Made by a program: the position numbers and the translations under genes. A model generated the notes under the pieces. That model did not search any database. It saw only the letters and a list, made by a program, of their open reading frames with translations, and was not told the origin of the DNA. Shown here one piece after another: positions 38,293 to 51,825 of a DNA stretch of 58,845 nucleotides. This DNA comes from Lama guanicoe (taxonomy: Eukaryota): contig MU053934.1 in NCBI GenBank assembly GCA_013239625.1, forward strand, positions 11,877,559-11,936,403, in the 5' to 3' direction. Position 1 is the first letter of the stretch. Every line of letters begins with the position of its first letter.

Positions 38293-38712
38293 CGTGGACT
38301 AAGAACAATGCATAACCTCAACGTTGGGAGTTAGTTTTATTCGTGGACTTTCTGAGGATGCGAGCCAGGGAGGCGGCCTCTCAGTTGGCTCTGGGGGACG
38401 GCTCTGCACAGGCAGGCGAGGAGCCAGGATATATGAGTTTCTGAAACAAAGACCAGGTAGTCAGAACATTTAAAGACGACTGTTAATTAAAAAAAAAAAC
38501 GGACATCTCAAGTTAAGGAATTTAGTGCTTTTCTATGTGTGGGAAGGTGCAGAGGTCTGGGCTCATTGAAATCACCCCTCTCATCTGCACTGAGCGCTCC
38601 AGGGCCACTGTCCCGTGCTTTCCCACCCTGCGTCCCCTCAGGGGGCACCGTTGGGGGCTACAGAGGCCGGGCTGCCTGCTCGACTCCACCCTGAGTTCCC
38701 TCCGGCTCACGC
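38293..38712 (-). mobile_element. ERV (probably ERV1-class) solo LTR, cetartiodactyl-type
   Basis: The minus strand reads gaaaagcactaaattccttaacttgagatgtc...catatatcctggctcc...aataaaactaactcccaac (TATA-like element, then AATAAA at 38336-38341). It is homologous to 58067-58490. Confidence 0.85.
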
Positions 38713-39799
38713 CCCCTCCCATGATCCTGTCCCAGGACTGGAGGATCTTCCCTCATCCCGCCACCACCCAGACCCTGGGGACCCCACGCCCGTCCTCACG
38801 GCCTCCTCCCCTGCCCCCTCCACGGTCCCCCAGCCCAGCCTGGGCCACCGGCCCCTGTGACGACCCGCCTGGACCGCCGTCTCCTCTCCCTGTAAGGTCA
38901 CTCCCTCCAAGAAAGCAAATTTTAATCACTTAGCGCAGGCAGGCCGGCCTCGAGGCGGCTTCCGCGGGGATGGTCCATCAGTGAGCGCAATTACAGGAGG
39001 AGCTGATCCCGCCCGGAAATGCTAACAAGAGACTGAGCCCTCACGGAGGGGAGAGGCGCTTTTGAAAAGCCAGAGGGAAGGCTTTGAGATGCTAATGCCA
39101 GCCCAGAACAGCCCAGGAGGCCGGACAGGGAGGAGGCGGGAGGGTGGTGGGCAGCCTCGACCCTCCGCCCCAGCACCTGGGGGCCTTCAGGCCTACCTCC
39201 TCCCACACCGCCGTCCAGAAGTCCCCCTTTCCCAACAGACTCAGGCTCTCAGCCGCCCTGGCCAGGACCTCAGGCCGCGGTCAAGGCCGGCACGGCAGAG
39301 TCCTCACTGTGGGCGAAAGTGTCCAGGAACCAGGGGTCACGGTGCCCCGTCCACAGAGCAGGGAGCCCCAAGTGGCCATTGAGAACTGCCCCGGGAAGCC
39401 CCCAGGCCCCCGAGGACGGAGCCCGGGGCTGGACTGGCCGCTCCCTGCCCAGCCCTTTTCCTCACAGCCCTGAGCTCGGGGCAGAGACACCGGACCATGG
39501 GGACTGTCCTGGCCGGACATCCCATCGACAGTCCAGAGAGGGGCGAGACCAGCCCGGTCACCCAGAGCAGGAGCCGGAGGCCGGCGGTCACCTGCAGGGT
39601 GGACGATGCCCCAGCTGTGGGGCAGTCAGGTCAGTCACCGCACGTGCTTATAAGACACGACTCTCGCAAACGCACCCGCGCACACGGGCACACGCAGCCA
39701 CACATGTCGCACGTGCAGCCACACGCGTCACACACGGGCGCAGGCGCACACGCATGCGAGACAGGAGGGGAGGGGGCAGGACACAGCCGCTCAAGGACT

Positions 39800-40383
39800 G
39801 ACAGCAATTAACACCAAAATGGTGGAAGATTCCCCTCCCAGTTGGCCCTGAGGACTAAGAGGCTTGGCTTCTAGCAGACCCTGGGCTTCATCATATGCTC
39901 CTTGTAACAGCGGGGTAAGCGGCATGCCCGCAGGCGCCACGACAGCCCCGAGGCTAACCACAGGAGGTCAGAGTGGGCAGCGGCCGGTTCCTGGGAACCC
40001 CAGCCCCTCCCCAGGGCAGCTGGAGCGGTCCCACCTGTAGGCGCGTGACGCTACCGAGCCCATAAGGCCTGGCACCACCACACCTGGCTGCCCTTTCTCG
40101 CTCCCTGTTCCTTGGAGCCGGCCCGCACTCTGGCTGTGGAGTGTGTGCCTGCTTTTACTCTAGCCTGAGCGCCCAGTTCCCACGGCCCTTTCCTGGCCTT
40201 TCTCTGGCCTCACACCCCGTGCGGTGTGTGTCTCTAAATACATCTACCCTTACTCAGCTCCGGCCCGCACTTTAACTCTTTCCTGCACGAAGCCAAGGAC
40301 CCACACTTGGCAGGACACGTCCCAGGGGCTCAGCCAAGACCTGAGGCACGGCCCTCACGCCCCACGGCCGTCTTCCTGCATCA
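39800..40383 (+). mobile_element. MER41-like ERV1 LTR (5'-eroded)
   Basis: caaaatggtggaagatt, gcgccacgacagccccgaggctaacca and ctctttcctgcacgaagccaaggacccacacttggc resemble laurasiatherian MER41-like LTRs (from recall). Confidence 0.65.
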
Positions 40384-43300
40384 CAGGTACCTGTGGGGCC
40401 GGGTGCTCCTGCTGGGTGCGTGGAGGTCGGTGGCGTTTCCCGGTGGCTCCCCTGGCAGGACGTCCAGGGAGCTGTGGGGCCGCACTCCTGAAGGGGCCAC
40501 AGCGAGGCTCGGGCTGGGGGCTGGGGGCCGGGGGCAGCAGGCAGGCGGGGGCCACACTCACAGGCCAGGGGCCCTGCAGCCCCTCTGCCTGGGGTCCCCC
40601 GCCCCCTTTCGTGGGACAAGCATTTGGGGTTTTCTACTGTTTTGCCGGAAAGACTGTTCGCCTTTCCTTGCAGAATGGCTTCTGCTGCTAAAAGCAAACT
40701 GAAAACAGAGAAGCAGAAGCCCCCTTTCCCGCCACCACAGCGCCCCTCCTCCCCTCTCCCCCTGGGCGCCTGGGGACCTCCAGTCTGCCAGTGCCCGCCA
40801 GGGGCCCGCGCACCAAGGGCAGGCGTGTGTCCAGACGGCCCACGGGGGGAGTGCAAGGGGACGGCAGCGGGATGCTGCTCCTCTCCTTCTCCAACCTCTG
40901 GCTTTTATTTTACTATGAAACACAGGAGCTTCCCCAGCCTCCTGCATGCCAGGCTCACGCTGCGCTCCAAGTCCCCGGCCAGCACAGATGCAAATGTAAC
41001 ACCCAGGAGAGGTAAAGAGGCCAGAGGGCTTCCTGGAGGCAGAGGCACTGTGGTGCTCCCAGGCCTCCTTCCAAGGCCTGCAGGGGATGGGCTGGAGTAT
41101 GGAAACAGCTCACGGAGCTCTGGAGGCTGAACCAGGACCCCCAGTCTCTGCGGCTCAGGGAGCCACAGGACTTGTGGCCTGCAGTCCTGGGGTGCTGGGG
41201 AGCCCAAAACAGCCTTTAGGGAAGGACGTGAGTGACCTGGAGGCTCGGGGGCATGCCAGCCGGCCGGCACTACCCAGGTCTACCAGGATGCTCACGCCGC
41301 ATCCGTGGCCTCCAAGCTGAGGGGTCAGCCTGGCCTCGCTCCAGCCAGCCCCCAGCCCCCGCGCACCCCATGACCCCACAGCCTCTGCCTGGCCTGAATT
41401 CCCATCTAGGTTCTCCTTGTAGGCAGATTGTCATCAGACAGGTCACCGCCACCAGCAGCTCCAGAGAGGCCACCCTTTGCTGGTCCCTGTGTCGGCATTT
41501 GCAGATAATCTGTCACCACTTCGTGCTGAAGTGATGTGACCACAGCTGTGACAATTGGGCAAGCTGGCTCGTTATCCGGGTCTGGCAGTCCCCGCTCCGG
41601 CGAGCGCTCCCCTGCCCTCCCCGCCGCTCTCTCGCAGGCTTGATTAATTTTGTTTACGCACAAAAATGTATTTCCATGGAGAATAGTGACTTCTGTTTTG
41701 AGTATAACTAGACACAATTTTTAACCCACATATCAATTACTTATAGGAAATACTGAATTTTTCAGAAAGACTCTGCTGGAGACAAGGCTGCTGTGGGGAG
41801 AGCTTGAGGAAAGACTTTACTTATTTACTTATTTTAACCAGTGGGATCCTGACAAGGACTTGGCAGGGCCTCCTTTGGGGAGCACTATGGCCAGTGGCTG
41901 CAGGTGGGGGGCGTCTGTCGGGTACGTGTTTGGAAGGTAGATATGATTGTACCACCCGGGGCCCCAAGAAAATGAGCCCGGGAGACGGCACCCTACGGGC
42001 CCCGAGCCTGGGAGCCACACTGGCCTTCCTGCAGCAGTGCGAGGAGACCGCGCAGGCTGGACACCACGGACGGCCCCACCTTGGTCCCCATGGCCTCCCC
42101 CTTCCCCCTGCTCCTCTCTGGAAGCACCCAGAGCCACCAGCCCAAATCCAGGCCTTCCTTGAAGGGCAGGCGAGCCCCCACCCTCTCCCCATCACTGAGC
42201 GCAGGGAAGGTGGCATCTGGTCACCTCTCCCCTGCGCCCACTGAGCTGAAGGGGACACTGGCCTCTGCAGGCCTGGGACGGAGTAGATTCTCAACACTGG
42301 GGACTCCGTCCTGGTTGGTGCCAACGTCCCCCGTGTGACCATGGGCCTCCCAGCCTCCCACAAGGGCCCCTCTGGCCAGTAAGTGCTGTGCTTACCCCAC
42401 CCATCAGCCCACACAGTGGACCTGTGCCATTCCCACCCTCGGGGACTCACGCGCTCCACGTGCCTGTCGTGCGGCATGGAGGTGGGGCGCAGCCAGCACC
42501 CGCCGCCTGCCCTCCCAGCGCTGCGTGGTGAGCAGCCCTGTGCCCCTGCGTGGCGGCCGGAGGCCACAGCTGAGGCCCCTGCACCCCCGTCCACTCAAGT
42601 CTGATAGATCTCAGTTTTCACAGCTCACACTGGCGTTCCATCTCCACGCAACTCCACACAAGCAGACAAAACCAATCTGCAGGCCCTGGTGCTCACTGCA
42701 GGGAGGCAGGCTGACCCCCACCCGCCAAGCCTGCAGCCTCACTGTCTGCACCCAGGTCCAACCAGGCCGAGCGGCCCTTGATGGAGGTGGGGGCACTCCG
42801 ACTGCTGCCCAGGAAGGACCTGGACGCTGCCTGCATGCACCCACAGACCCCGGCCCCCACTGGGCCTAGGGAAGAAGCCGCGCCTTCCTCCCACTCCCCA
42901 AATACCCAACAGTGCGGCCACCAGACACCCCTCCCCTGAACCAGCCTCCAGGAGCTGCTGCCCGGGACTGGACACCGGCACTCAGTCCTGGGTCTTGTGT
43001 GTCCCTGCCCTTTGACCTGTCCCCCAGCCTCTGGTCCTACCCTCTGGGTAGGGCTCAAGCCAGGCCTGGGCCAGGGCTCGCCTCTCCACCAGCCCCATCC
43101 TCTGGACCCCAGCCAGACCCCAGCCCCAAAGCCAGGACCACAGTGCCCGGCAGCTGCGTCCACAAGGAGCCTGTGGGCGTGGCTTCGGCTCAGGGAGCCG
43201 GGAGGAGAGCCCGAGTGGGAAGCTCACGTCCTGAGCGACCTATTCGCTGGTCCCATCTGTCAGCCCCAACCCTCGTCTTGCAGGTCCAGTCCCGAGGCTG

Positions 43301-46300
43301 CTGTCGGCCTCCACGAGGGGAGAGGACTGGAGGACCCCTCGCACACGCAGCGCGGATGAGCTTGGAGGGGGAGGAAGACCTCGCTCGGGCTCCCCTCCGC
43401 CCTCTGTTCGCCTCCCGGGCGTCCCCACTGCCCAGCATTCAGCCACCCAGACGTCCACAGCTCCGGCCCGCAGCTCCTGGCATGCCTGGCCCCTGAGCGC
43501 CATGCCAGCACATGCCCCAGGGTGGAGCCGAGACCACCCTGAGAGGCGCACGGAGGACCAGGCACCCCGGTCTCCACTCCAGACTTCACCCGGAAGCACC
43601 AGCAGTGGGTCCCTCGGGGTCACGGGACCCAAGACCCTTAACGGTTTTCTCGGAGCCTTTTGGTACGTTTTTGCCACCGAGAAGGCACTGCTTCTATGAA
43701 AGAGACGGAGGCAGCACCCAAGCGCGAGGGGCTGGGGGCAGCTCAGGGCCCCCTCGCCTCGTCCCCAGGGCTGGCGGGAGCTCCCGACAGGCTTGGAGGT
43801 TTGGACAGAAAATAGCTGGGGGACGAGTACAGAGGGGGGACAAAGACAGGCCGAGCCCACCCACCTTGTGGCCACTCCCTCCTGTGGATGTCACCCAGCA
43901 ACCTCCCACTCTGGCCACTCCCTCTGGCCCCCACACCCCGCCCTCCAGCAAACCCATAGGCTCGGGGTCCCTCCCCACCAGGGACCTCCCCCTGTTTTCT
44001 CTCTGCCATGTCCGAATGCGACCACCAGGCTAGCAGGACCGCCAGGCACTGCCCCCGCACGGACGCTCACCTGCTGCAGCGTGAGGACCAGGCCAGGCCG
44101 CGGGCAGCCTCTGCCCACACGCCCGGAGCAGAGGTCAGGCGCCGGGCCTGAGGGGCTCACAGGAGTCCCGCTAAAAGCCCAGCCCCCACCTGGAGGGTGC
44201 CCGTCCTGCCAGGGCCAAATGAAGAGGAGCCGGGGGTCACAGTCAGCCCGGGGACGGATGACCACTGGCCCTGTGCCCTGGGAGGCAGGGTGGCCACGCA
44301 GCATCTGCCTGCAGCCCAGCCCCCGCCCTCCCTGCTCAGCATCCTGGACCCCCGCTTCCCACCCCGGCCTGAGTGTGGCCGTCCGCCGGCTCCAGGCGGC
44401 TCATTTGTCTTGATTATCTCCTCTTCACAGCCTGCGCCCCACAGTCCTCCACGTTTCCAGCGACTGCTGAGGCCAGAAGAGGTTTGAGGGAAAATAATCA
44501 GCCAGAACAGCTGCTCCCTGCCTGGCACTCCCAGCTCGGGGCGGGGGGCTGCACACCCCCCATCCCTGAGCTGTGGGCCACCCCAAGTGGGGCCCGAGCT
44601 CAGAGTCAGGACGAGAAGCAGGTGGCGGTCATGGGGCAGCAGGTGGCCTGGGGCCCTCCTGACAGAACCCCTGGCCGTGGGGCCCACCAGCACACGCAAG
44701 CAGGAGGGCTCCCCGAGAGCACTCCACTGCAGGTCTGCGTCTTCCCCCGGGGTCAGTGGCCCTGCCCGGAGCCCTGGCCTGGGCTCGGTCGCCTCTGCAT
44801 TCATCTCAGATGCTGGGCAGGTGCCGGGGTTGCTCAGGGAACCGGAGGCGGCCATCCGCCCTCTGTCCTGGGCGCAGGTGCGGGGCCCCCGGTTCCCACT
44901 ACACAGGTAGAGGCAGCGCTGCCCAGAGCCCGGAGCTGAGCCCCTGCGGGTGGTCAGAGCCCTGGGGCCACGGGCTGCCCAGTCAAGGTGGAGGGGAGCA
45001 GGCTTCCGTCCCCTGGTGACAAATCTGGCTGAAGCCCAGGCGTCCACCCAGCGGAAGCTGTGTCCACACTGAGATGCTTCCGCTCCCCTCTGAGGACATC
45101 ACGTCCCTTCAGTTCTTTTCTCTGTTGTGCCTACTTCACTGTATTTCCTGTATTTTTAAGTCAGTCTAAGAACGTTCTGTCTTAATTTCAAGCCACGGGC
45201 AGATTCCAACTGGCTAACTGGACAGAGGACACCCGGGGAGAGCTGAAAAGTTCGGGAAAGAGGGTCCATCTCTTCCCAGAACCTCTGGGATGGGGGGCAG
45301 GGGTGCTGTCTGGAAGCAGCAGCCTCAGGGGTCCTAACACAGTGTCCTCTCCTGGTTCTCACAGGCAAATGACAGTAAAAATCTCAGGGGAAACTGAGGC
45401 ACAACAGAAGACAGAGGAATGTTCTCACAGAGGGAAGCTTGTTCTCAGCTCAGAAACAGCAAAAGAAAGGCCCAGGGTGGGATGGAGAAAGGGGGCCCGT
45501 CCCACAAACGTGCAGTGACACAGTGACTTCACCAAATGAGGCACCTGGTACAGGTGGTGCATCCCAGCCGGCCGGTGCCCAGAGCCGCTGCAGGGTGGTG
45601 CCAGCAGGGACACCCACGCACTTGCCAAGAGCAGGAGGGACCCCTGGGTGCCATTCCTGGGAGGTGATTTGACAACATAAGTCAAACACATTTGTGTGCC
45701 CAGTAATCCACTTTTTAAAAGAAATGATTGAAACTACAAGGGAACAGCCCTGAGGCTGGACGATACCCACTGCAGAGTAGTTTATGTAATAAAAACTCAG
45801 ACACAGCTCAACCCCAGTAATAAGGAAATGGGTGAGTAACGACACAGCCGTCCACTCGGCGAAGGACACACGCGAAGTCCTGCAGCAGCGAGTGGAGACC
45901 ACGCAACAGGGTGACGCAGACACTCTTCCTCTGACGTCCGGTCTGTGACTCCAAGCCCACCTTCCGGGACCAGCAGAGAGAGCATCTTGTTCTCAGCTAT
46001 TCGTGGTCAGAATTTCCCCCACCGTGGAGGGTCTCATGTCCTTCGCCCGGAGTCTTGGCTATTTTTTCAGCAATTCATTTGAGCTGTCTGTATTTTTAGC
46101 TATGGACTCTGCCATAGTTGTTACCAAGAGTTGGCCTTGCCTTTTTTTTTTCTGTTGGTCTTTTCTCTGGTTTTACAATCTTTTTCTTGAGTTCCAAGCA
46201 TCGCTCTCACATTAGGAACACCTTCATCGTCCAGTAATCAGCGCACCTGGATGGCATGCTGGACACAGGCGGGTGGCGGGCTGAGTCCGAGGGGCTCGCC

Positions 46301-46808
46301 TGTCATCGCACCCTGAGGCCCTCAGCCCCTGACCAGGCTGGCTTTTCTTCAGATCACTTTTCACTGTGCAAGTGACTTGCGTGTGCTTACGTGTCCACCG
46401 ACTGCCTCCCCACAGGGACAGCAGGGACCTCATCTGTGTGTCTACGTCTGGGTCCCCAGGATCCAGGCCTACAGTTGGCCCAGCCAGCAAGTCAGTCCAC
46501 CCCGAGTGAACTGACCCTTCATCGCTGCTGTCCAGGAGGCATGGTGGACAGGACACATCAGGCCTCCTCCTTACAGGCACCACCAGGCAAGCATCCCCCA
46601 GAGCTGCCCACCCGGCCCTCTGGTCACCAGGAGCCCCAGGAGAGTTGGCAGCTGCCACCAGAAAGAATCAAAAAGCAGACATACCTGGGAGAGAGCTAAA
46701 GTCTAGGGGCTCGGGAAGGGGTAGTGGCGTGTCCCCAGCTCACGTGGGCTGAGAACCAGGCCGTTCTTCTAATAGGTCACAAAACTATTATAAAAAATGC
46801 CATGCCCA

Positions 46809-46986
46809 GGGGGAGGGTGTAGCTCTGTGGAAGAGCACATGCTTAGCTGCACAAAGTCCCGGGCTCAATCCCCAGTCCCTCCACTAAAAAAATAAATATA
46901 TAAACCTAATTACCTCCCTCCCCCACAAAAAAAATTTTATTAAAATAATTTTAAGTACATACCTTAATTTAAAAATACTTTATTAA
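46809..46986 (+). mobile_element. tRNA-derived SINE of camelid type, with target-site duplication
   Basis: gggggagggtgtagctctgtggaagagcacatgcttagc...gggctcaatccccagtccctcc (A/B-box-like), AT-rich tail; TSD aaaaaatgcca(t/g)gccca at 46792-46808 and 46987-47003. Confidence 0.9.
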
Positions 46987-47003
46987 AAAAAATGCCAGGC
47001 CCA

Positions 47004-47470
47004 TGAATCTGAAATTTTACACACAGTGGAAAGTGTCCTTGATAACCCACAGAGCTGACATAAGAAGAAAGGAAAGTGCATGTGGTCCTCTATTAAACAC
47101 ATTGAACACATAATTTAAAACCTTTCCTCAAAGAAAAACTTCCCGCAGACTTTGCCAGTGGCTCCCATGAGATATTTAAGGAAGAAATCGTGTCGATCTT
47201 ACGGAAACTCCCTCGGAGAATAACAGAGGGTGGAAACGACGCAGCTCATCTATGAAGCTGGTGTGACTCTGAGACGAGTCACTGGACCGAGGCACTGAAT
47301 CTGAACATCAGATTAAAGCCCTTCTTACCCAGGAAATTCCTGCCTAAACGGGAACTCCCCAAGGAGACACTCACGAGCCAGACCTCGCGGCGTGCTAAAG
47401 GATCTCAGCCACGTGGGGTCACCCCGGGAGGGCAAAGTCAGCGCCACATTTGAGAATCAGCCCACATAGT
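47004..47470 (+). mobile_element. Old LINE-1 ORF2 fragment
   Basis: atttaaaacctttcctcaaagaaaaact...atatttaaggaagaaatc...ctcatctatgaagctgg. Confidence 0.7.
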
Positions 47471-47679
47471 TTACCAGGTCGCTGCTGGGCCGAGGAGGTT
47501 CAACGCGTGGAAAGGTTCCTGGGGGATCAGAACGCCTTTCCTCCCACTCCAGGGACCGAGGCTGATGGCAGGGGCCAAGTCACCGACCTGGAGGAAAAGG
47601 TGAAAGCCAGTGGGCTTGGCTGATCTGGGTGGAAGACGGGGAGGCTCCCAAGACCACCTGAGCCAGGAACCTGGCCGTC

Positions 47680-47930
47680 CACACCTCTCACCTCGGGCGT
47701 AGGTCAGCAGGTCCGTGGGTCTCCTCTGACAGGTCCTGTTCCCATGGGCATTGGCCGCACTCAGCTCCCCCCATCACCGAACCACGCGCCCCTACGGCAT
47801 CCTTCTCAAAGCACAAATACGATCGGGCTACTCCCCAGCTGAACAAAGCTTAATGGCCTGGAAGATAAACCCCAAATCTTACAGGGCCTCCAAAGCTCTT
47901 GGCAGAGTGGCCCAAGCCAGCTTCCCGAGG
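47680..47930 (+). mobile_element. L2 fragment
   Basis: atccttctcaaagcacaaatacgatc...ctccccagctgaacaaagcttaatggc...gataaaccccaaatctt. Confidence 0.55.
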
Positions 47931-49049
47931 TACAGAAGTCTCTGCTGAGGCCCCCGGCCGGCCAGGCGCTCTACACCCGGAAATGCAGGCTCACGGCTCC
48001 CTGTAACCATCCCTCATGCTCGCCCCGCTCTCCTGGACCAGCCCCACTGTCCAACTGACCACCTCCTCTGAGCTCCCCACGCCAACCCCTCCTGTGCTGG
48101 TCCCACGGGGTCCCCGCCACCTGTTCCCAGGCCAACACTGAGCCTCGGTCTTGCATCCCCAGCACCAGGCCACATGAGGCTTTCAGGAAAGACAGGTCAT
48201 GGGGAGGGACCAGAGGCCGGTGGGCAGACAGCTGACCACCTGTGGGGAAAACGTCAGAGGACCACACCGCGGTGGTGACGGAGGAAGAACCTGGCCCAGT
48301 TAATTCAGCATTTGCCAGTGATGGTGCCGCATGTCAGCAAGAGCTTGGTAAGTGCCTACTGTGTGCAGGGCACCCCCAGGGGCTCCCTCTCTGCTGGCGG
48401 GGAGCATAGTGTTAATTACACACTAACATTAATGGACACTTACTAAGCACTGGGAGCGGCACTCCTGCCAGCCTGGTCCACGCACATCACCCTCGATGAC
48501 CCGCTGAGGCAGGGATGGTGCAGGGACGCCCGCATCCTGCAGATGACTGCCCAAGTCACACACAGGCCCCCAGCTCAAGACCAGCCCTGTCCACACGGCA
48601 GCCGCTGGCCTCTGTGGTCACTGAGCACTTAGACCACGGCCTGTGCAGCGGAGGGGCTGGAACAGAGCAAACTCACCAGCAAGGAACTTGCTTGGATGGG
48701 CAGGGTTTTAAGCTAATACATTTGTGCTCCAAAGTAGAATCAATTCTCTTTGAAAGGTGCCAGTTTTGGTCAATTTGGATGTGAGTATCAAGGGAAGACG
48801 ATTTTTTGTGCTCAGTTCAGTTACTGGAAAATTTTTAATATGTTTGAAACAACTGGGGAAAGTGAATTTACCTTCCGAGCTGTAAGTTTTATGAAATACA
48901 AACACAGGTCGTTTGGCCAATGAAATATTAGCCTCTGAATGAGATGCGTCATGCGTGTAACATCCTCACCAGGTGTCAGAGACTCCGTGTTGAAAAGAAC
49001 GCAAGGTACCCCGCTGGCAGCTCATGCTGAAAACAGCCCGGGGCTAAAA

Positions 49050-49975
49050 CCCGACCAAGCACTTCACCAAGGAAGACAGACACGTGGCCACCAGGCACGT
49101 GAGAAACGCTCAGCGTCGCTAATTATCAGAGAAAAGCAAATCAAAACTACGATGAGGGATCACCTCACACCAGTCAGAATGGCCATCATTCAAAAGTCCA
49201 CCAATGACAAATGCTGGAAAGGCTGTGGAGAAAGGGGACCCTCCTGCACTGCTGGTGGGAATGCAGTTTGGTGCAGCCACTGTGGAAAACAGGATGGAGA
49301 TTCCTCAAAAGACTAGGAACAGACTTACCATAGGACCCAGGAATCCCGCTCCTGGGCATATATCCAGAAGGAACCCTACTGCAGGACGACACCTGCACCT
49401 CAATGTTCATAGCAGCATTATTTACAATAGCCAAGATATGGAGACAGCCTAAATGTCCATCAACAGATGACTGGATAAAGAAGTTGTGGTGTAATTATAC
49501 GATGGAATACTACTCAGCCATAAAAAGGAATAAAATAATGCCATTTGCAGCAACATGGATGCTCCTGGAGAACGTCATTCTAAGTGAAGTAAGCCAGAAA
49601 GAGAAAGAAAAATACCATATGAGATCGCTCATATGTGGACTCTAAAAAAAAAAAAGACACAAATGAATGTATTTGCAAAACAGAAACAGACTCACAGACA
49701 CAGAAGGCAAACTTGTGGTTACCAGGGGGAGGGGGAGGGAAGGGATAAGTTGGGAGTTCAAGACTTTCAGACACTGACTACTGTGTATGAAACAGATAAA
49801 CAACAAGCTCCTACTGTGCAGCACAGGGAACTGTACTCAATCTCTTACAGTAACTTACGGTGAAAAAGAACATGAAAATGAAAATACGCGCGTTCCTGTG
49901 TGGCTGAAGCACTGCTCTGTGCACCAGAGATTAACATGACATTGTGAGCCGACGGTGCTTCAGTGAAAATACAGA
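49050..49975 (+). mobile_element. Relatively young LINE-1 3' end (ORF2 C-terminus plus 3'UTR)
   Basis: [33 protein letters not shown] and [29 protein letters not shown]...EYYSAIK, broken by frameshifts/stops. Confidence 0.95.
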
Positions 49976-49984
49976 TACATTCTT

Positions 49985-50103
49985 ATATTTTGGAGGGGGG
50001 AGACAATTAAGTATTTATTTTATTTAATGGAGGGACTGGGGATTGAACCCGGGACCTCATGCAGGCTAAACACACGCTCTACAGCTGAGCTATACCCTCA
50101 CCC
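49985..50103 (-). mobile_element. tRNA-derived SINE of camelid type
   Basis: Reverse complement reads gggtgagggtatagctcagctgtagagcgtgtgtttagcctgcatgaggtcccgggttcaatccccagtccctcc; same family as 46809. Confidence 0.9.
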
Positions 50104-51825
50104 ACTAAGTAGTTTTTTTAATATATATAAATACATTTGACATTTTCAGTAATAAAAAGGGGTTTTGTTTAAATCCTCCAGAGGGGCTCAAACCAGCCGT
50201 CTTGGGTCAGGGCCCCCTCGGGGCACCCACAGTGACGGGGACAGAAAGCAGAGAAGGAGGCAGCCCCGCCCCCACGACGCGTGGAGGGGCTTTGCCTCGG
50301 GAGAGGGCTGGCGGGTCTGGCCCCGGCCCTGGGGGGAGAGTGGCCCGTGGGTGCATGACGCTGCCGTCCTCTCGAGAAGCGCGTGCCCGGGGCCCACGGG
50401 CCGGAGCTGCCCCGGCGCAGCTGCCTCTGGCCGTCCTGGCTCCCATTTTCCTGGTCTGCTCCTCCCAGAGCCCGAGAGCGCGCTGGGGCCTCGGAGCCAG
50501 AAGCGGTGCTGGGCTCTGGGCCGGGGCGGGGGTCTACTGCCGAGCCTCGAGCAGTATCTGATTGTGCATCCTTATTGCACGAAATCAAATCCCCGCACGC
50601 GGAGCACGGATTCCCGGGAGGGGTGGCGGGGAGTCCGCGGGGCAATCACGCGCACGCCCTCCGTGCGGGGTTTCCCACTCTGCACGCTTGTTTGGGAAAG
50701 GCTTCTGGCCAAGACAGTCTGAACGCGTCAGAGCTGAAACGGCATTCTCACCTTCAGCAAATAGACCTCCTCCTGCTCGGAACGGCAATCTGCGATGCGG
50801 GGACGTCAGAAATAGCTGTCAACTCTCATTACGCTCCCGGGGACAGACCCACTTACCAGCCCCCAGAGACCCGGACCCTAGCAGCCCATCCGGACGCCTC
50901 CCCTCCCGGCCCCCGAGCCGTCACTCAGAGACCTGTCAGGTTTCCGGTTGCCAGGTTCCGGCTGGAAACCAGGGGCTGTGCAGACAGACAGGGTTTGGGG
51001 CTGGTGGAACAGGACACCCCAGGTTTTTTAAAGCCCCCACAGTTGGAGACAGAGCCCCTGAACCTGCCTGCTCCCCGGCCGAGAGGGGGCTCCTTGTCAG
51101 AGAGGACGCTCCAGGGGTCTCCCGTCGCAAGGGAGGGATGAGGGGACATGCCAGCCCGACCCAACTCCACTCCCTGGCAACATCATCTCCACTGCCCAGC
51201 CCCCCAGAGGGGCGGGCGGAGGGTGGATGTAAATGGATCCAGTGTGAGTGGCTGAGCCCGGAGCCCCACACCCAAGCCCCACCTCTCTCTGACCGTAGGA
51301 CACGGGTGTGGCCCTGGCAACACTTGACTCTGTCACGCCTCACAGACAATCCCCAGTGTCTCTCGCTCCCTGGAAGACTTTCATGTCCACCTCCTCTCCC
51401 CTTCAGCCGCCTGCACCGCCTCACTCTGAGCCACACCTTCCTTTGATTAGAGACCTGGGACACAGCGCGTGTGGGAGCAGCGGACGAGAGAAGTGGGCTC
51501 CCAACTGGGCAGGCCCCTCTTCCTGTGGTTCCTCCAGACGCCACCCCCAGGCCCTCCCCTCCACCACCCTCCCTCCAGCGCCCGGGAGCCCAAGCTCAAG
51601 GAGGTGGTCCTCGTTCCCAGGCAGAGCTGGGAGGCGGAGGGGCCCTGCGGGGCCATGTGGCTGGAGCCTGCATGATGGGGGGAGGGCCAGGGAAGGAGGA
51701 GAGACCGCAGGTCAGGAGGGAGGGACGGCATGCTGGCCACCCGTGTGGACTTGTGGCCAGACCAGACAGCGCGAGGACCCCTGGTGTGCACAGGGTGGGT
51801 GGGGGATAATAACACTGACGTCCAG

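Noticed and set aside
44157..45047. 296-aa minus-strand ORF
   Set aside because: Composition rich in G/P/R/A/S, typical of stop-poor GC-rich DNA; no domain.
46809..46885. tRNA-like A/B boxes (also on the minus strand at ~50030-50103)
   Set aside because: These are SINE heads with AT tails (and a TSD for this copy), not tRNA genes.
50383..51446. Overlapping 252-aa and 294-aa plus-strand ORFs
   Set aside because: Several frames are open at once in GC-rich DNA, and no family is recognisable.
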